DNA of 64,000 bases from Blastocatellia bacterium. GTDB lineage: Bacteria > Acidobacteriota > Blastocatellia > UBA7656. How positions within the stretch are numbered: the stretch's first letter is position 1; every line of letters starts with the position of its first letter. A model generated the notes under the pieces. It saw only the letters and a list, made by a program, of their open reading frames with translations. It was not told where the DNA came from and made no database searches. Made by a program: the position numbers and the translations under genes. Where the stretch lies: positions 192,001 to 256,000 of the forward strand of contig CAVXWP010000009.1 of NCBI GenBank assembly GCA_963765495.1, given 5' to 3'. Positions 30,745 to 40,881 of this stretch are shown here, piece after piece.

Positions 30745-31377
30745 ATGAGCAAAGAAAATCCTATCCGCATAATGATCGTCGATGATCATTTCGTGGTCCG
30801 CATGGGGCTGGCTACGATACTTAACGCCCACCCGGACCTGACCGTAGTCGCCGAAGCCGCCAACGGTCAGCAGGCGATAAACCTGTTTCGCCAGCATAGA
30901 CCCGACATCACCCTTATGGATTTGCGGCTGCCCGGCATGGGGGGCGTCGAGATCACGAAAGCGATTCGCAGCGAGTTCCCAAACAGCCGCATAATCGTTG
31001 TGACCACTTATGACGGCGATGAAGACATTTATCGCGCGCTGCAAGCGGGCGCGCGCGCATACCTGCTCAAGGATGTGCCGGGCGACCAGCTAGTCGATGC
31101 CATAAGAGCGGTCCACTCCGGGCAGACCCGAATCCCGCCCGAGGTCGCAAGCCGTCTCGCTGAGCGATTGCCTCGCTCCGAACTCAGCCCGAGAGAGATG
31201 GATGTGCTAAGGCTCATCGTGGACGGAAAGAGCAATAAAGAGATCGCCTCCGCCCTTTTTATCTCGGAAAGCACGGTAAAGGTCCACGTAAACAACATTC
31301 TTGGCAAAATGGGCGTAAGCGACCGTACACAGGCGGCCATGACGGCGATTCAGCGCGGGATTGTGCATCTCGATTGA
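30745..31377 (+). CDS. NarL/FixJ-family response regulator
   Basis: IVDDH, LMDLRLP and LuxR HTH (LSPREMDVL...GKSNKEIA...TVKVHV). Confidence 0.95.
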   Translation: MSKENPIRIMIVDDHFVVRMGLATILNAHPDLTVVAEAANGQQAINLFRQHRPDITLMDLRLPGMGGVEITKAIRSEFPNSRIIVVTTYDGDEDIYRALQAGARAYLLKDVPGDQLVDAIRAVHSGQTRIPPEVASRLAERLPRSELSPREMDVLRLIVDGKSNKEIASALFISESTVKVHVNNILGKMGVSDRTQAAMTAIQRGIVHLD

Positions 31378-31397
31378 CGGGCAGACTCCTGAGCAGC

Positions 31398-31467
31398 ACT
31401 AGATCGAAAGTACTAGTTAAATTCTAATCTCTGGGCTGATGACAAAAGGGAGCGCAAAGGCTATTCT
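31398..31467 (+). promoter_or_regulatory. Putative activator site and promoter
   Basis: Inverted repeat ACTAG-N10-CTAGT (31398-31417) upstream of ATGACA-17nt-TATTCT (31439-31467). Confidence 0.45.
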
Positions 31468-31683
31468 GGCTACGGTGTTCATAGTAGCTTTGAGTTACCA
31501 GAGCTTACCGCCGCAGGCACCGCAACCTTGAAAATATTGCAGAGATACGAACTAATTCTTAATTTCCTTTGCAATTCGGGTCGCTTGCGGCGGTTAATTT
31601 TTTTTCGGCAGGCTCACCTCCGAGCCGTTTCAGCCATAAATTCAATGTTTTTACCGATGTTCGGTTTTCGAGGAACAAACATT

Positions 31684-32199
31684 ATGAAAGCAATTCTCAC
31701 GGTGTCGCTCATACTGCTCGCAGCAATTTCGGGGCTCTCGACAGGCCGCACAACCTGGCGACAGGCTACCGAAAAGGAGCTTGAATCGCTCATACCCGCG
31801 CGGGCTCCCGTCGAAAAAGAGAGGATTGAAACCGAGATGAGAACCGCTACGGGGGTTACGGACGGGCATGGCAAGTTTATCGCCGGGGTCCAGATAATAA
31901 CCGCCGGTTATGCGGCTGAGGGGAAATACTCGCACTTTTTTATCACGCAGGTGCCCATAAAGATCGGCGAAACGATGCTGAAACCGGGCGATTATGCCTT
32001 CGGTTACAAGCGGGTTGACGCAGAAAATCTGGAGGTCAGGTTTTACGAGGCCGCGACCGGAACCCCGGTAGTGACGGTGCAGGCAAAACGGGAAAGCAAA
32101 GGCGGTTCGGTTCGGTCTCTATTAATCACGCCGCCTGACAACGGAAATTCCAGCATCTACATTGGGAGATTCGCCATCGGCTACAAACTGGCGGAATAG
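31684..32199 (+). CDS. Exported hypothetical protein
   Basis: GAGGA RBS, ATG 31684, signal peptide, beta-rich mature part. Confidence 0.75.
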   Translation: MKAILTVSLILLAAISGLSTGRTTWRQATEKELESLIPARAPVEKERIETEMRTATGVTDGHGKFIAGVQIITAGYAAEGKYSHFFITQVPIKIGETMLKPGDYAFGYKRVDAENLEVRFYEAATGTPVVTVQAKRESKGGSVRSLLITPPDNGNSSIYIGRFAIGYKLAE

Positions 32200-32370
32200 C
32201 TCCGGGACCGACAAAAAACCTTGCGAGGGGTCAGGTTGTTCGCGCATCGCATGGCAGTCTTTTGGGCTGCCCTCAAGTTATTCATCCGACATCATCAATC
32301 ACGTTTCACACACCGCGCATTTCTCCCCGTAAATGGCTGATTTTTATTAGACTTTAAGCCTGTTTTGGCT

Positions 32371-32399
32371 TTGAAAAATCCACCCGAATAGTGTAAAAT
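32371..32399 (+). promoter_or_regulatory. Putative gyrA promoter
   Basis: TTGAAA-17nt-TAAAAT. Confidence 0.45.
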
Positions 32400-32643
32400 T
32401 TTCTTTGCTTGAGAAGCGAAAATTCTTATCACGCGGCCCCCTCGAAGACCGATCAATGAGGCCCTCACAATCGCCGGGCCATCGAGCCTGTCTCGGTCGA
32501 GTTGTGGCTGCCGACAATCGTTTGTTGGACCGCGAGAGGTATTTTGGAGCAAAGCGCAAAGTAAATGAGGAGCAAGAAACCACAGCGGTTAGCCTGGTTC
32601 TTTGCTCTGTAACCTGTAACCTGATTGATGAGAGAGTGAGATA

Positions 32644-35103
32644 ATGTCAGAAGCAGCACATAAGATTCCGGTTAACATAGAAGAAGAAATGAAGCGTAGT
32701 TATCTCGACTACGCAATGAGTGTAATCATTGGCCGCGCGCTGCCCGATGCGCGCGACGGACTCAAACCCGTTCATCGCCGGATACTTTTTTCGATGGATG
32801 AAATCGGGTTAAAGCCAAACAAGGCTTTCAAGAAGTCGGCAACGGTCGTCGGCGACGTGCTTGGAAAGTATCACCCGCACGGAGACTCGGCCGTTTATGA
32901 TTCGCTTGTGCGAATGGCGCAGGACTTTTCCATGCGCTACCCGCTCGTAGACGGGCAGGGCAACTTTGGCTCGATTGACGGAGACTCGGCCGCCGCCTAT
33001 CGCTACACCGAGGCGCGATTGACCCGCATCGCTACCGAGATGCTCGCCGATATCGACAAGGACACGGTCGATTTCATACCCAACTACGACGAATCGCGTC
33101 AGGAGCCTGTCGTGCTGCCTACGAGGTTTCCGAACCTGCTCGTTAACGGGTCTTCGGGCATCGCCGTGGGTATGGCTACAAACATCCCGCCGCACAATTT
33201 GACCGAAGTCGTCGAGGCGACCATACATCTGCTTCAAAAACCGGGGGCCAAGCTCAACGAGATCATGCGTATGGTGCCCGGCCCGGACTTTCCCACGGGA
33301 GGGTTCATTTACGGACGCGAAGGGATTCTAAGCGCCTACCAGACCGGGCGCGGAATAGTGGTGATGCGCGCGCGCGCTACGATAGACCGCGCGGGCCGTT
33401 CGGGTGAGCGCATGGCTATAGTCGTCACAGAGATACCTTATCAGGTCAACAAGGCCAAGCTGATCGAACGCATTGCCGATCTGGTAAATGATAAAAAGCT
33501 TGAAGGCATCTCTGATCTGCGCGACGAATCGGACCGCGAAGGCATGCGGATAGTCATCGAGTTGAAACGCGATGCGATACCCGACATAGTGTTGAACAAC
33601 CTCTACAAACTGACGCCGATGCAGCAGACCTTTGGCGTGATAAACCTTGCGATAGTCAACGGCCAGCCGCGCGAGTTGCCGCTGATCGACGCGCTCAATA
33701 TTTTTATCGAGCATCGCCGCGAGGTTGTAATTCGCCGTACGCGTTACGAACTGAGGAAGGCAGAAGCCCGCGCCCATATCCTCGAAGGTTTGAAGAAGGC
33801 GCTTGATCATCTTGATGAGGTAATCTCGATAATTCGCAAATCGAAAGCTTCGCAGGAAGCCCGCGAAGCGCTGATGCTCAGATTCAAGTTTTCCGAGTTG
33901 CAGGCCAGGGCGATTCTCGAAATGCAGTTGCAGAGGCTCACGGGTCTGGAACGTCAGAAGTTGATCGACGAGTACAGAGAGGTCATAAAACTGATCGCCG
34001 AGCTTCAGGAGATACTTTCAAACGAAGCGGTACTTCGCAACGTGATCGTCAAGGAGTTGCGCGAAGTGCAGCGCGCATACGGCGACGAGAGACGCACACA
34101 GATCATCGAAGCGGGCGCTGAATTGACTCTCGAAGACCTTATAGCCGACGAAGATATGGCCATCACCGTGACGCATTCCGGTTATATCAAACGCACGCCC
34201 GTCTCTGTTTATCGAGCGCAAAGGCGCGGCGGGACCGGAAGACGCGGCGCGGCGCTAAAGACCGAAGACGTTGTGGATCACCTGTTCGTAGCCTCGACTC
34301 ACAGCTACATTATGATCTTCACCAACAACGGGCAGGTCTATAAGCTTAAGGTACACGAGGTACCCGACGCAGGCGCAGCCGGGCGCGGCAAGGCAATAGT
34401 CAATCTGCTGAATATGCCAAAGCACGAAAAGGTTGCGGGTATCATCCCCGTACGCGCCTTTGAAGAAGGCAAGTATGTCGTTATGGCTACGCGCAAGGGG
34501 ACGATCAAAAAGACCAAGCTTTCGGATTTTGCAAATATCCGTCCGAGCGGCATAAACGCCATGGGCGTAAGCGATGACGATGAATTGATCGCAATCGAAT
34601 TGACCGACGGCAACAAGAAGATATTCCTCGCCACAAACAAAGGCAAGTCTATCTGCTTCGAAGAAGGCGACGTGCGCTCGATGGGCCGTCCCGCTCAGGG
34701 GGTGCGCGGAATCTCTTTAGGCAAAGGCGACGTCGTCATAAGCGTGGCGGCGGTCACCGATGACGACGAGATGCTTTCGATCTCGGAAAACGGTTACGGG
34801 AAACGCACAAAGCTCGACGCTTACCGCGTGCAATCTCGCGGAGGCAAGGGCGTCATCAATATGAAGACCAGCGAGCGAAACGGGCAAGTAGTAGCCGTGC
34901 TTCCCGTGTCGGATGAGAGCCAGGTATTGATCATCACCAATCAGGGCAAGCTCATCCGGGTCGAAGCGAAAGGGATACGCGAATACGGGCGCTCGACTCA
35001 AGGGGTAAAGATCATAGACACCTCTGACGGCGATTCGGTATCGTCGGCTTCGCTTATCGAGCGCAAGCAGGTTGCGACCGAAGATGAAGAGATCGATATC
35101 TAA
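32644..35103 (+). CDS. gyrA: DNA gyrase subunit A
   Basis: [37 protein letters not shown], GyrA-box QRRGGTG, C-terminal pinwheel repeats. Confidence 0.98.
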   Translation: MSEAAHKIPVNIEEEMKRSYLDYAMSVIIGRALPDARDGLKPVHRRILFSMDEIGLKPNKAFKKSATVVGDVLGKYHPHGDSAVYDSLVRMAQDFSMRYPLVDGQGNFGSIDGDSAAAYRYTEARLTRIATEMLADIDKDTVDFIPNYDESRQEPVVLPTRFPNLLVNGSSGIAVGMATNIPPHNLTEVVEATIHLLQKPGAKLNEIMRMVPGPDFPTGGFIYGREGILSAYQTGRGIVVMRARATIDRAGRSGERMAIVVTEIPYQVNKAKLIERIADLVNDKKLEGISDLRDESDREGMRIVIELKRDAIPDIVLNNLYKLTPMQQTFGVINLAIVNGQPRELPLIDALNIFIEHRREVVIRRTRYELRKAEARAHILEGLKKALDHLDEVISIIRKSKASQEAREALMLRFKFSELQARAILEMQLQRLTGLERQKLIDEYREVIKLIAELQEILSNEAVLRNVIVKELREVQRAYGDERRTQIIEAGAELTLEDLIADEDMAITVTHSGYIKRTPVSVYRAQRRGGTGRRGAALKTEDVVDHLFVASTHSYIMIFTNNGQVYKLKVHEVPDAGAAGRGKAIVNLLNMPKHEKVAGIIPVRAFEEGKYVVMATRKGTIKKTKLSDFANIRPSGINAMGVSDDDELIAIELTDGNKKIFLATNKGKSICFEEGDVRSMGRPAQGVRGISLGKGDVVISVAAVTDDDEMLSISENGYGKRTKLDAYRVQSRGGKGVINMKTSERNGQVVAVLPVSDESQVLIITNQGKLIRVEAKGIREYGRSTQGVKIIDTSDGDSVSSASLIERKQVATEDEEIDI

Positions 35104-36023
35104 TGATGGTACGCGATGAATGCGCCCCGGGGGGTCGAGGATTTGATATGAACAGGTGGTTCCCTACTCCGAAAAAGGGCCTCATCGAGCGGGTGCGCTC
35201 GTCGCCTTTGCTGATTATTGGCTGCGCCGTCGCCGCTCTTGCGCTGATACTGACGCTCTTTTTTGTGATGGGCAGACTCTGGCACAGCGAGTCGGAAACA
35301 CTAAAGCTTGCAGCCGAGGCGTGGGATTCAGGCGATTACGAGGGTGCGGCTGAAGATTACGAACGATATATTCAGCAGAATCCGACGGGCGGGCAGTCGG
35401 AAGAAGCGCGCTTTCAGTTGGCCGGAATTTATCAATTTAATTTGAAACGCTACGATCAGGCGCTGGCTCATTACACGGCTTTGCTTGAGGGAAACCCGTC
35501 TTATGCAAGGGCCGATGTAATCCACGAGCGACTTGCGGAGGTGCTGGCTGAGCTTGGCCGCTCATATGAAGCGATAGGCGAATACGAAAAACTCAATCCA
35601 CAGGATCAGGACGAACGCAGGCGGATACGTCTGCGAATCGCCGATCTCTATTTCGACCAGAAGAATTACAGCCAGGCGCTGACGGAGTACGCGAAAGTCA
35701 CCGAGGGGGCGAACTTCGATGATCTGAGCGAGCGCGCTTATTTGCGCGAAGCCACGATCTATCACATAGGGCGTGGCCAGTATCAGCAGGCGCTGCCGAT
35801 CTATCAAAAGCTGCTTGCCGAAACCCGGGATGAACAGATGCGAGTCCGGGCGCTTTATGGTATCGCGGATTGTTATACCGGGCTTTTCAAGTTTGATGAA
35901 GCCGTTCGAACGCTGGGAGAGATAAAGGATTCAAACGAGCAGGAAACCATCAAGCGTCGAATCGCTCAACTCGAACAGCAGAAACGCGAAGCCGCCGAGG
36001 CTCAAGGCAGCCTTAAACCTTAA
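35103..36023 (+). CDS. Membrane-anchored TPR protein
   Basis: N-terminal TM followed by several TPR helical pairs. Exact start uncertain. Confidence 0.8.
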   Translation: MMVRDECAPGGRGFDMNRWFPTPKKGLIERVRSSPLLIIGCAVAALALILTLFFVMGRLWHSESETLKLAAEAWDSGDYEGAAEDYERYIQQNPTGGQSEEARFQLAGIYQFNLKRYDQALAHYTALLEGNPSYARADVIHERLAEVLAELGRSYEAIGEYEKLNPQDQDERRRIRLRIADLYFDQKNYSQALTEYAKVTEGANFDDLSERAYLREATIYHIGRGQYQQALPIYQKLLAETRDEQMRVRALYGIADCYTGLFKFDEAVRTLGEIKDSNEQETIKRRIAQLEQQKREAAEAQGSLKP

Positions 36024-36042
36024 CCGTCAGCGCCATTTACTC

Positions 36043-36096
36043 GACAGGATTAACAGGGTTAAAAGAGGATCTTGTCTAAGCAAATCTAATCCTGTC
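36043..36096. repeat. 9-nt-unit inverted repeat element
   Basis: GACAGGATTA...TAATCCTGTC. Confidence 0.7.
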
Positions 36097-36300
36097 AAAA
36101 AAAAGTCTCGCCTATTGAGCGATTTTGCTCTGAAAAATCGCCTCTCATGTTGATGCAAATATATTCCGAGCGAGAAGACGCATTGAGACAGTTGCAGAAG
36201 AATCGAAATACTCTTATTGAGGCTTCGGTTGCGGGGCTACATCGCATAAGACGGTCCATTAACAGGCTCATCAGGAGCGAAGGACCAAAGGGCAGCGGCG

Positions 36301-36329
36301 TTGACTTGAAATCTTCGAGCCGTTATTCT
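36301..36329 (+). promoter_or_regulatory. Putative sigma70 promoter of the ECF-kinase pair
   Basis: TTGACT-17nt-TATTCT. Supports a start at 36375 rather than 36147. Confidence 0.5.
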
Positions 36330-36374
36330 CTAGCGGGTTCGAGTCTTCAAATCCCTGGCCCCGGCGAGAAGAGC

Positions 36375-36944
36375 ATGTCCAAACCGTCGCCAAATGAAGT
36401 AACTCAGCTATTGCTTGACTGGCGCAAGGGCGATAAATCGGCGCTTGAAAAGCTGACGCCCATGGTTTATGACGAGCTTCGGCGGCTTGCGAATTACTAT
36501 CTCAAAGGCGAGCGCCAGAATCACACGCTCCAGGGCACGGCGCTTGTTCACGAAGTCTACATAAAACTGGTCGGCCACGACAGATTAGAGTGGCAGAATC
36601 GCGCTCACTTTTTTGCCTTCGCCGCCCGGTTGATGCGCCAGACGCTCGTAGACCATGCGCGAAAGCACAGGACGGAAAAGCGAGGCGGGGGCAAGCGAAA
36701 CCTTTCGCTTGAAGAGGCAACCGTCTTTTCCAAGGACCGCTCCGAAGATATGATAGCGCTCGATGATGCTCTGAGCGATCTGGCGAGGCTCGACCAGCGA
36801 AAGAGCCGGATCGTCGAGATGAGATACTTTGGCGGGCTGAGCATCGAGGAGATTGCCGAGGTAGAGGAGATTTCCGTGGCCACCGTCAGACGTCAGATGC
36901 GACTGGCAGAGGCCTGGCTGCACAGAGAAATCAGCAAGTCGTAG
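36375..36944 (+). CDS. ECF sigma factor, kinase-associated type (TIGR02999-like)
   Basis: EVTQLL, VYDELRRLA, HTLQGTALVHE, WQNRAHFF, LVDHAR, KRGG, RYFGGLS. Confidence 0.92.
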   Translation: MSKPSPNEVTQLLLDWRKGDKSALEKLTPMVYDELRRLANYYLKGERQNHTLQGTALVHEVYIKLVGHDRLEWQNRAHFFAFAARLMRQTLVDHARKHRTEKRGGGKRNLSLEEATVFSKDRSEDMIALDDALSDLARLDQRKSRIVEMRYFGGLSIEEIAEVEEISVATVRRQMRLAEAWLHREISKS

Positions 36945-36972
36945 AGCATCAGTCACGCACACCCCAGAAGCC

Positions 36973-39738
36973 ATGACACCTGATCGCTGGAGACAAGTCG
37001 AAGAGCTTTTCGAGTCGGCACTTGAACGCCACCCTGCCGACCGCACCGCTTTTCTCGATAAAGCCTGCGGAGGTGACCACGTGTTGCGCCGCGAAGTCGA
37101 ATCGCTGCTCAATCATCAGCAGCCTACAGGCAACTTTATCCCCACACTGGTAAACGATGCCGCCGATCTGCTCGATCATCAAGAGCCGTCGCGCGGCGAT
37201 GACGGCTCTTTCATTCCCGGCACAATCCTCGCGTCCCGCTATCGCATAATCGGGCTGGTCGGACGAGGCGGCATGGGCGAGGTTTATCGCGCAGACGATC
37301 TCAAACTTTCTCAGCCCATCGCCTTGAAATTCCTGCCAGATAAACTCTCTGCAAATCCGGACGTGCTTGCCCGCTTTCATCAGGAAGTTCGTATCGCTCG
37401 ACAGATCTCTCATCCGAACATCTGCCGCGTCTTTGACATAGGCGAAGTCCACGGGCGGCACTTCCTCTCGATGGAATACATCGACGGCGAAGACCTCGCT
37501 TCCCTGCTTGTAAGAATCGGGCGATTGCCTGAAAACAAGGCTGTCGAGATAGCCTCTCAGCTTTGCGCGGGGCTTTCAGCCGCTCATCAGGAGGGCGTGT
37601 TGCACCGCGACCTGAAACCGGCAAACGTGATGATCGACGGGCGAGGGAGGGCCAAAATAACCGATTTCGGGCTCGCCGGGTTGGCCGACACATTCGAGGG
37701 CCACGAGGTACGAGAAGGGACCCCGGCCTACATGGCACCGGAACAACTTGCCGGGCGAGAGGTGACGACGCGCAGCGACCTCTACTCGCTTGGGCTTGTG
37801 CTTTACGAAATATTCACAGGCAAGAGGGCTTTTGAAGCCTCGACTCTCGAAGATTTGATAAGGCTACAGGAATCGACTACGCCGACGAGCATCTCGAGCT
37901 TCGTAAAAGAGATTGACCCGCTTGTAGAGCGAGTCATACTGCGCTGTCTTGAGCGAGACCCGCAAGAGCGACCGCAGACGGTCTTGCAGGTAGCGGCGGC
38001 GCTGCCGGGCGGCGACCCGCTCGCGGCGGCGATAGCGGCGGGCGAAACGCCTTCGCCTGAGATGGTAGCGGCCGCGCCTAAAGAGGGAGCGCTCCGCCCC
38101 ACAACGGCCATTGCCTGTCTTGCGGGCATAATTGCCTTGCTTGCTTTTTTCGTCATTTACTCCGATAAGGCAGCAGTGCAAAACCTTGTTCCATTCGATA
38201 AATCTCCAGATGTGCTCGCAGAGCGCGCGAGTAATATCCTCAACAGGTTCGGCTATAGCGAGACCCCGATTGATACGGCTTATGGCTTTGGCCAGGATGC
38301 CGAGTACTTCAAATACGCGAAAGCGCGAGACACAGAAGACGAACTGATAAAAAGATTAGGGGACGGACAGCCCGCTCTCTTCTATTTCTGGTATCGCCAG
38401 AGTCCGCGATATCTCGAGACCATCAGCCACGAAAATGTGTCGCTCACCGACCCGCCGATGGAAGTATCAAATATGGCGAGCGTAAGGCTCGACACACTGG
38501 GGCGGTTGCTTGAATTTCAGGCCGTTCCGCCTCAGGTTGATGGAGAGAGCGAACCGGCGCAATCGCCGGACTGGAGCGCGCTTTTTTCCGAAGCCGGGTT
38601 GAACATCGCGGATTTCACCGTCACCCAGTCGCTCTGGGTTCCGCCCGTGGGCTTTGACAGCCGCGCCGCATGGACGGGGATATATCCCGGGCTTCCCCGT
38701 AACCCAGTTCGGATAGAAGCGGCAGCTTATCGGGGCGCGCCCGTCTATTTTCAGATTGTGATGCCGTGGTCAAAACCGCTCAGGCAGGAAGAGGTCACGT
38801 CAATTTCAGGCAAAAGGGCCGCGGCAATAATTCTCACGATCACTTTTATCTGCGGGCTTATCGCGGCCCTGTTTCTGGCTCGATATAATTTAAAACTCGG
38901 ACGGGGCGACCGCCGGGGAGCCTTTCGGATCAGCCTGTTTGTCTTCTCTGTAACGCTCGCGGGATCGCTCATTTTAGTCGATCACGTGCCCACGCTCTCA
39001 GGCGAGTTGAATATTTTGTATCAGATAATAGCGTGGGCGCTTGCGCTTGCCGGGCTGCAATGGCTTATCTACATCGCGCTTGAGCCGTATGCGCGCCGCA
39101 AGTGGCCGAGGCTTATGATCTCGTGGAACAGGCTGCTTGCCGGAGAGTTTCGAGACCCTATGGTCGGACGCGATATCCTGATCGGGGGGCTATTCGGATT
39201 CGGGCATACGCTGTCAATCTATTGCAGCTTTGTATTGCCTCAACTGCTGGGACAGCCGCAAAAAAGAACTCTGGGATTTGCCCCCCTTGCAGGAGGAGTG
39301 CCAACGTTTTTTGCGGCTCTGTTGTCTGATATTTTGCCGAGGAGCTTTTTTATAGGATTGGCCTATCTATTTCTGATCCTGCTCTTTTTTGTCGTGCTAA
39401 AAAAAGAGAGGCTCGCCGCCGCAGTGCTGTGGCTGGTGCAATTTACCATCATGGTACTGGCATTTCTCTTCACAGAGCCGTGGTATCTCTGGATATTTGG
39501 CGCGGCAATCGCGACCTGCTATGTCATTACGGCCTTTCGCTTTGGGCTGCTCTCGCTCATCGCCCTGCAATTCTTTTTCAGTTTGAGCTATTACCCTGCT
39601 ATGACCACGACTCTCTCAAGCTGGTATGCCGGACAGACCCTGATGGCGGTCGTGGTTTTATTGACTATAGCCGTCTATAGCTTTTACATATCGCTTGCGG
39701 GCCAGCCGTTGTTTAGAACCGAGATATTAAAAGAGTGA
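36973..39738 (+). CDS. Ser/Thr kinase with extracytoplasmic domain and multi-TM C-terminus
   Basis: MTPDRWRQVEELF N-terminus typical of ECF-coupled kinases, GRGGMG, HRDLKPAN, DFG, GTPAYMAPE. Confidence 0.93.
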   Translation: MTPDRWRQVEELFESALERHPADRTAFLDKACGGDHVLRREVESLLNHQQPTGNFIPTLVNDAADLLDHQEPSRGDDGSFIPGTILASRYRIIGLVGRGGMGEVYRADDLKLSQPIALKFLPDKLSANPDVLARFHQEVRIARQISHPNICRVFDIGEVHGRHFLSMEYIDGEDLASLLVRIGRLPENKAVEIASQLCAGLSAAHQEGVLHRDLKPANVMIDGRGRAKITDFGLAGLADTFEGHEVREGTPAYMAPEQLAGREVTTRSDLYSLGLVLYEIFTGKRAFEASTLEDLIRLQESTTPTSISSFVKEIDPLVERVILRCLERDPQERPQTVLQVAAALPGGDPLAAAIAAGETPSPEMVAAAPKEGALRPTTAIACLAGIIALLAFFVIYSDKAAVQNLVPFDKSPDVLAERASNILNRFGYSETPIDTAYGFGQDAEYFKYAKARDTEDELIKRLGDGQPALFYFWYRQSPRYLETISHENVSLTDPPMEVSNMASVRLDTLGRLLEFQAVPPQVDGESEPAQSPDWSALFSEAGLNIADFTVTQSLWVPPVGFDSRAAWTGIYPGLPRNPVRIEAAAYRGAPVYFQIVMPWSKPLRQEEVTSISGKRAAAIILTITFICGLIAALFLARYNLKLGRGDRRGAFRISLFVFSVTLAGSLILVDHVPTLSGELNILYQIIAWALALAGLQWLIYIALEPYARRKWPRLMISWNRLLAGEFRDPMVGRDILIGGLFGFGHTLSIYCSFVLPQLLGQPQKRTLGFAPLAGGVPTFFAALLSDILPRSFFIGLAYLFLILLFFVVLKKERLAAAVLWLVQFTIMVLAFLFTEPWYLWIFGAAIATCYVITAFRFGLLSLIALQFFFSLSYYPAMTTTLSSWYAGQTLMAVVVLLTIAVYSFYISLAGQPLFRTEILKE

Positions 39739-39802
39739 AGAACGAGAAAGAATTCGACTCTTCACACGCACTTTCATCTGCGCCAATCTCTTGTCGTATG
39801 AT

Positions 39803-40756
39803 TTAGATGACTTCCTTCACTCCGGCCCTGCCCGCGTGCTCGCGAATCTTTTCATTTATGCTTGTCGCAAGCGCAAGCGTACGCCGCCCTTCTTCACCTG
39901 TAGTCTTTACGGGAGCGCCTTCTACTGCCGCGAGGAAGGATTCTATTTCCAGCCGCAACGGCTCGTCGCGCTCGACTTCAAGCACGCGGCTGTTGAATTC
40001 AAGCTTTCCTTCCGGCGAAGGGCTCACTCCAACGACGGATGTTTCCTGCGCCGAGTAATCGATAGCCACATACTCGTGAGGCTGGAAAAACCTGAGCTTG
40101 CGCACCCGTTCGCCCGAAACGCGGCTCGCGGTCAGGTTTGCCACACAGCCGTTTTCAAACTCGATTCGAGCGTTGGCAATGTCTACGCGAGGCGTAAGTA
40201 TCGCCACGCCCGCCGCGCGAATCTCCGCGACCTCACTTTCAACAAGCGAAAGCACCACGTAAATATCGTGGATCATCAAATCCATCACCACATCAATGTC
40301 GAGGCTTCGCGGAGTGAAGATGCTCAACCGATGAGCTTCGAAAAACATAGGCCGGGTCACGATGCGGCTTGCGGCTTCGACTGCCGGGTTGAAGCGTTCC
40401 AGATGGCCTACCTGCAAGACGGCCTTGCCTGACCGGGCCGTTTCGATCATCTGGTCGGCCTCTTCAAGGGTTCGGGCAATCGGTTTTTCGACAAGCACCG
40501 CGATTCCGGCTTTCAACAGATCACAGGCCAGGCTGTGATGGCTCGATGTAGGAACAGCCAGGCTGACCGCGTCAACCTGGCCTATCAATTCGCGGTAATC
40601 CTCGACAAATCGAGCGCCGAATTGTCGAGCGACAGGCCCGCCGTTTGATTCCAGCAGATCGCAAACGGCCACAAGCCGCGCCTGTCTGGATTCGGCGTAT
40701 ATGCGCGCATGCTCGCGCCCGAAATGGCCTGCGCCCACAACAGCTACTCTAGTCAT
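39803..40756 (-). CDS. Gfo/Idh/MocA oxidoreductase (GnnA-like UDP-GlcNAc 3-dehydrogenase)
   Basis: GAGHFG, EKPIA, GHLERFNPA, DVVMDLMIHD, ANLTASRVS. Confidence 0.85.
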   Translation of the reverse strand: MTRVAVVGAGHFGREHARIYAESRQARLVAVCDLLESNGGPVARQFGARFVEDYRELIGQVDAVSLAVPTSSHHSLACDLLKAGIAVLVEKPIARTLEEADQMIETARSGKAVLQVGHLERFNPAVEAASRIVTRPMFFEAHRLSIFTPRSLDIDVVMDLMIHDIYVVLSLVESEVAEIRAAGVAILTPRVDIANARIEFENGCVANLTASRVSGERVRKLRFFQPHEYVAIDYSAQETSVVGVSPSPEGKLEFNSRVLEVERDEPLRLEIESFLAAVEGAPVKTTGEEGRRTLALATSINEKIREHAGRAGVKEVI

Positions 40757-40881
40757 GCATCTCACTCCCGGTTTTACTTTTACTGACGCTCATTCGGCCG
40801 GTATAGTCTCTGGTCAGGCCCTAAATCAAAAAAGATTGGATTTTCGCCTGCTACATTCGATTTTCGGAGACGTAATAATTC

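Noticed and set aside
32860-32910. Quinolone-resistance substitution in gyrA
   Set aside because: The QRDR reads [10 protein letters not shown], with the usual Ser and Asp.
36119-36141. GCGATTTT...AAAATCGC inverted repeat as an ECF promoter or operator
   Set aside because: Single occurrence, not distinguishable from a terminator hairpin after the TPR gene.
36147-36374. 76-aa N-terminal extension of the ECF sigma factor
   Set aside because: Family similarity begins at ATG 36375 and a promoter-like sequence lies within the extension.
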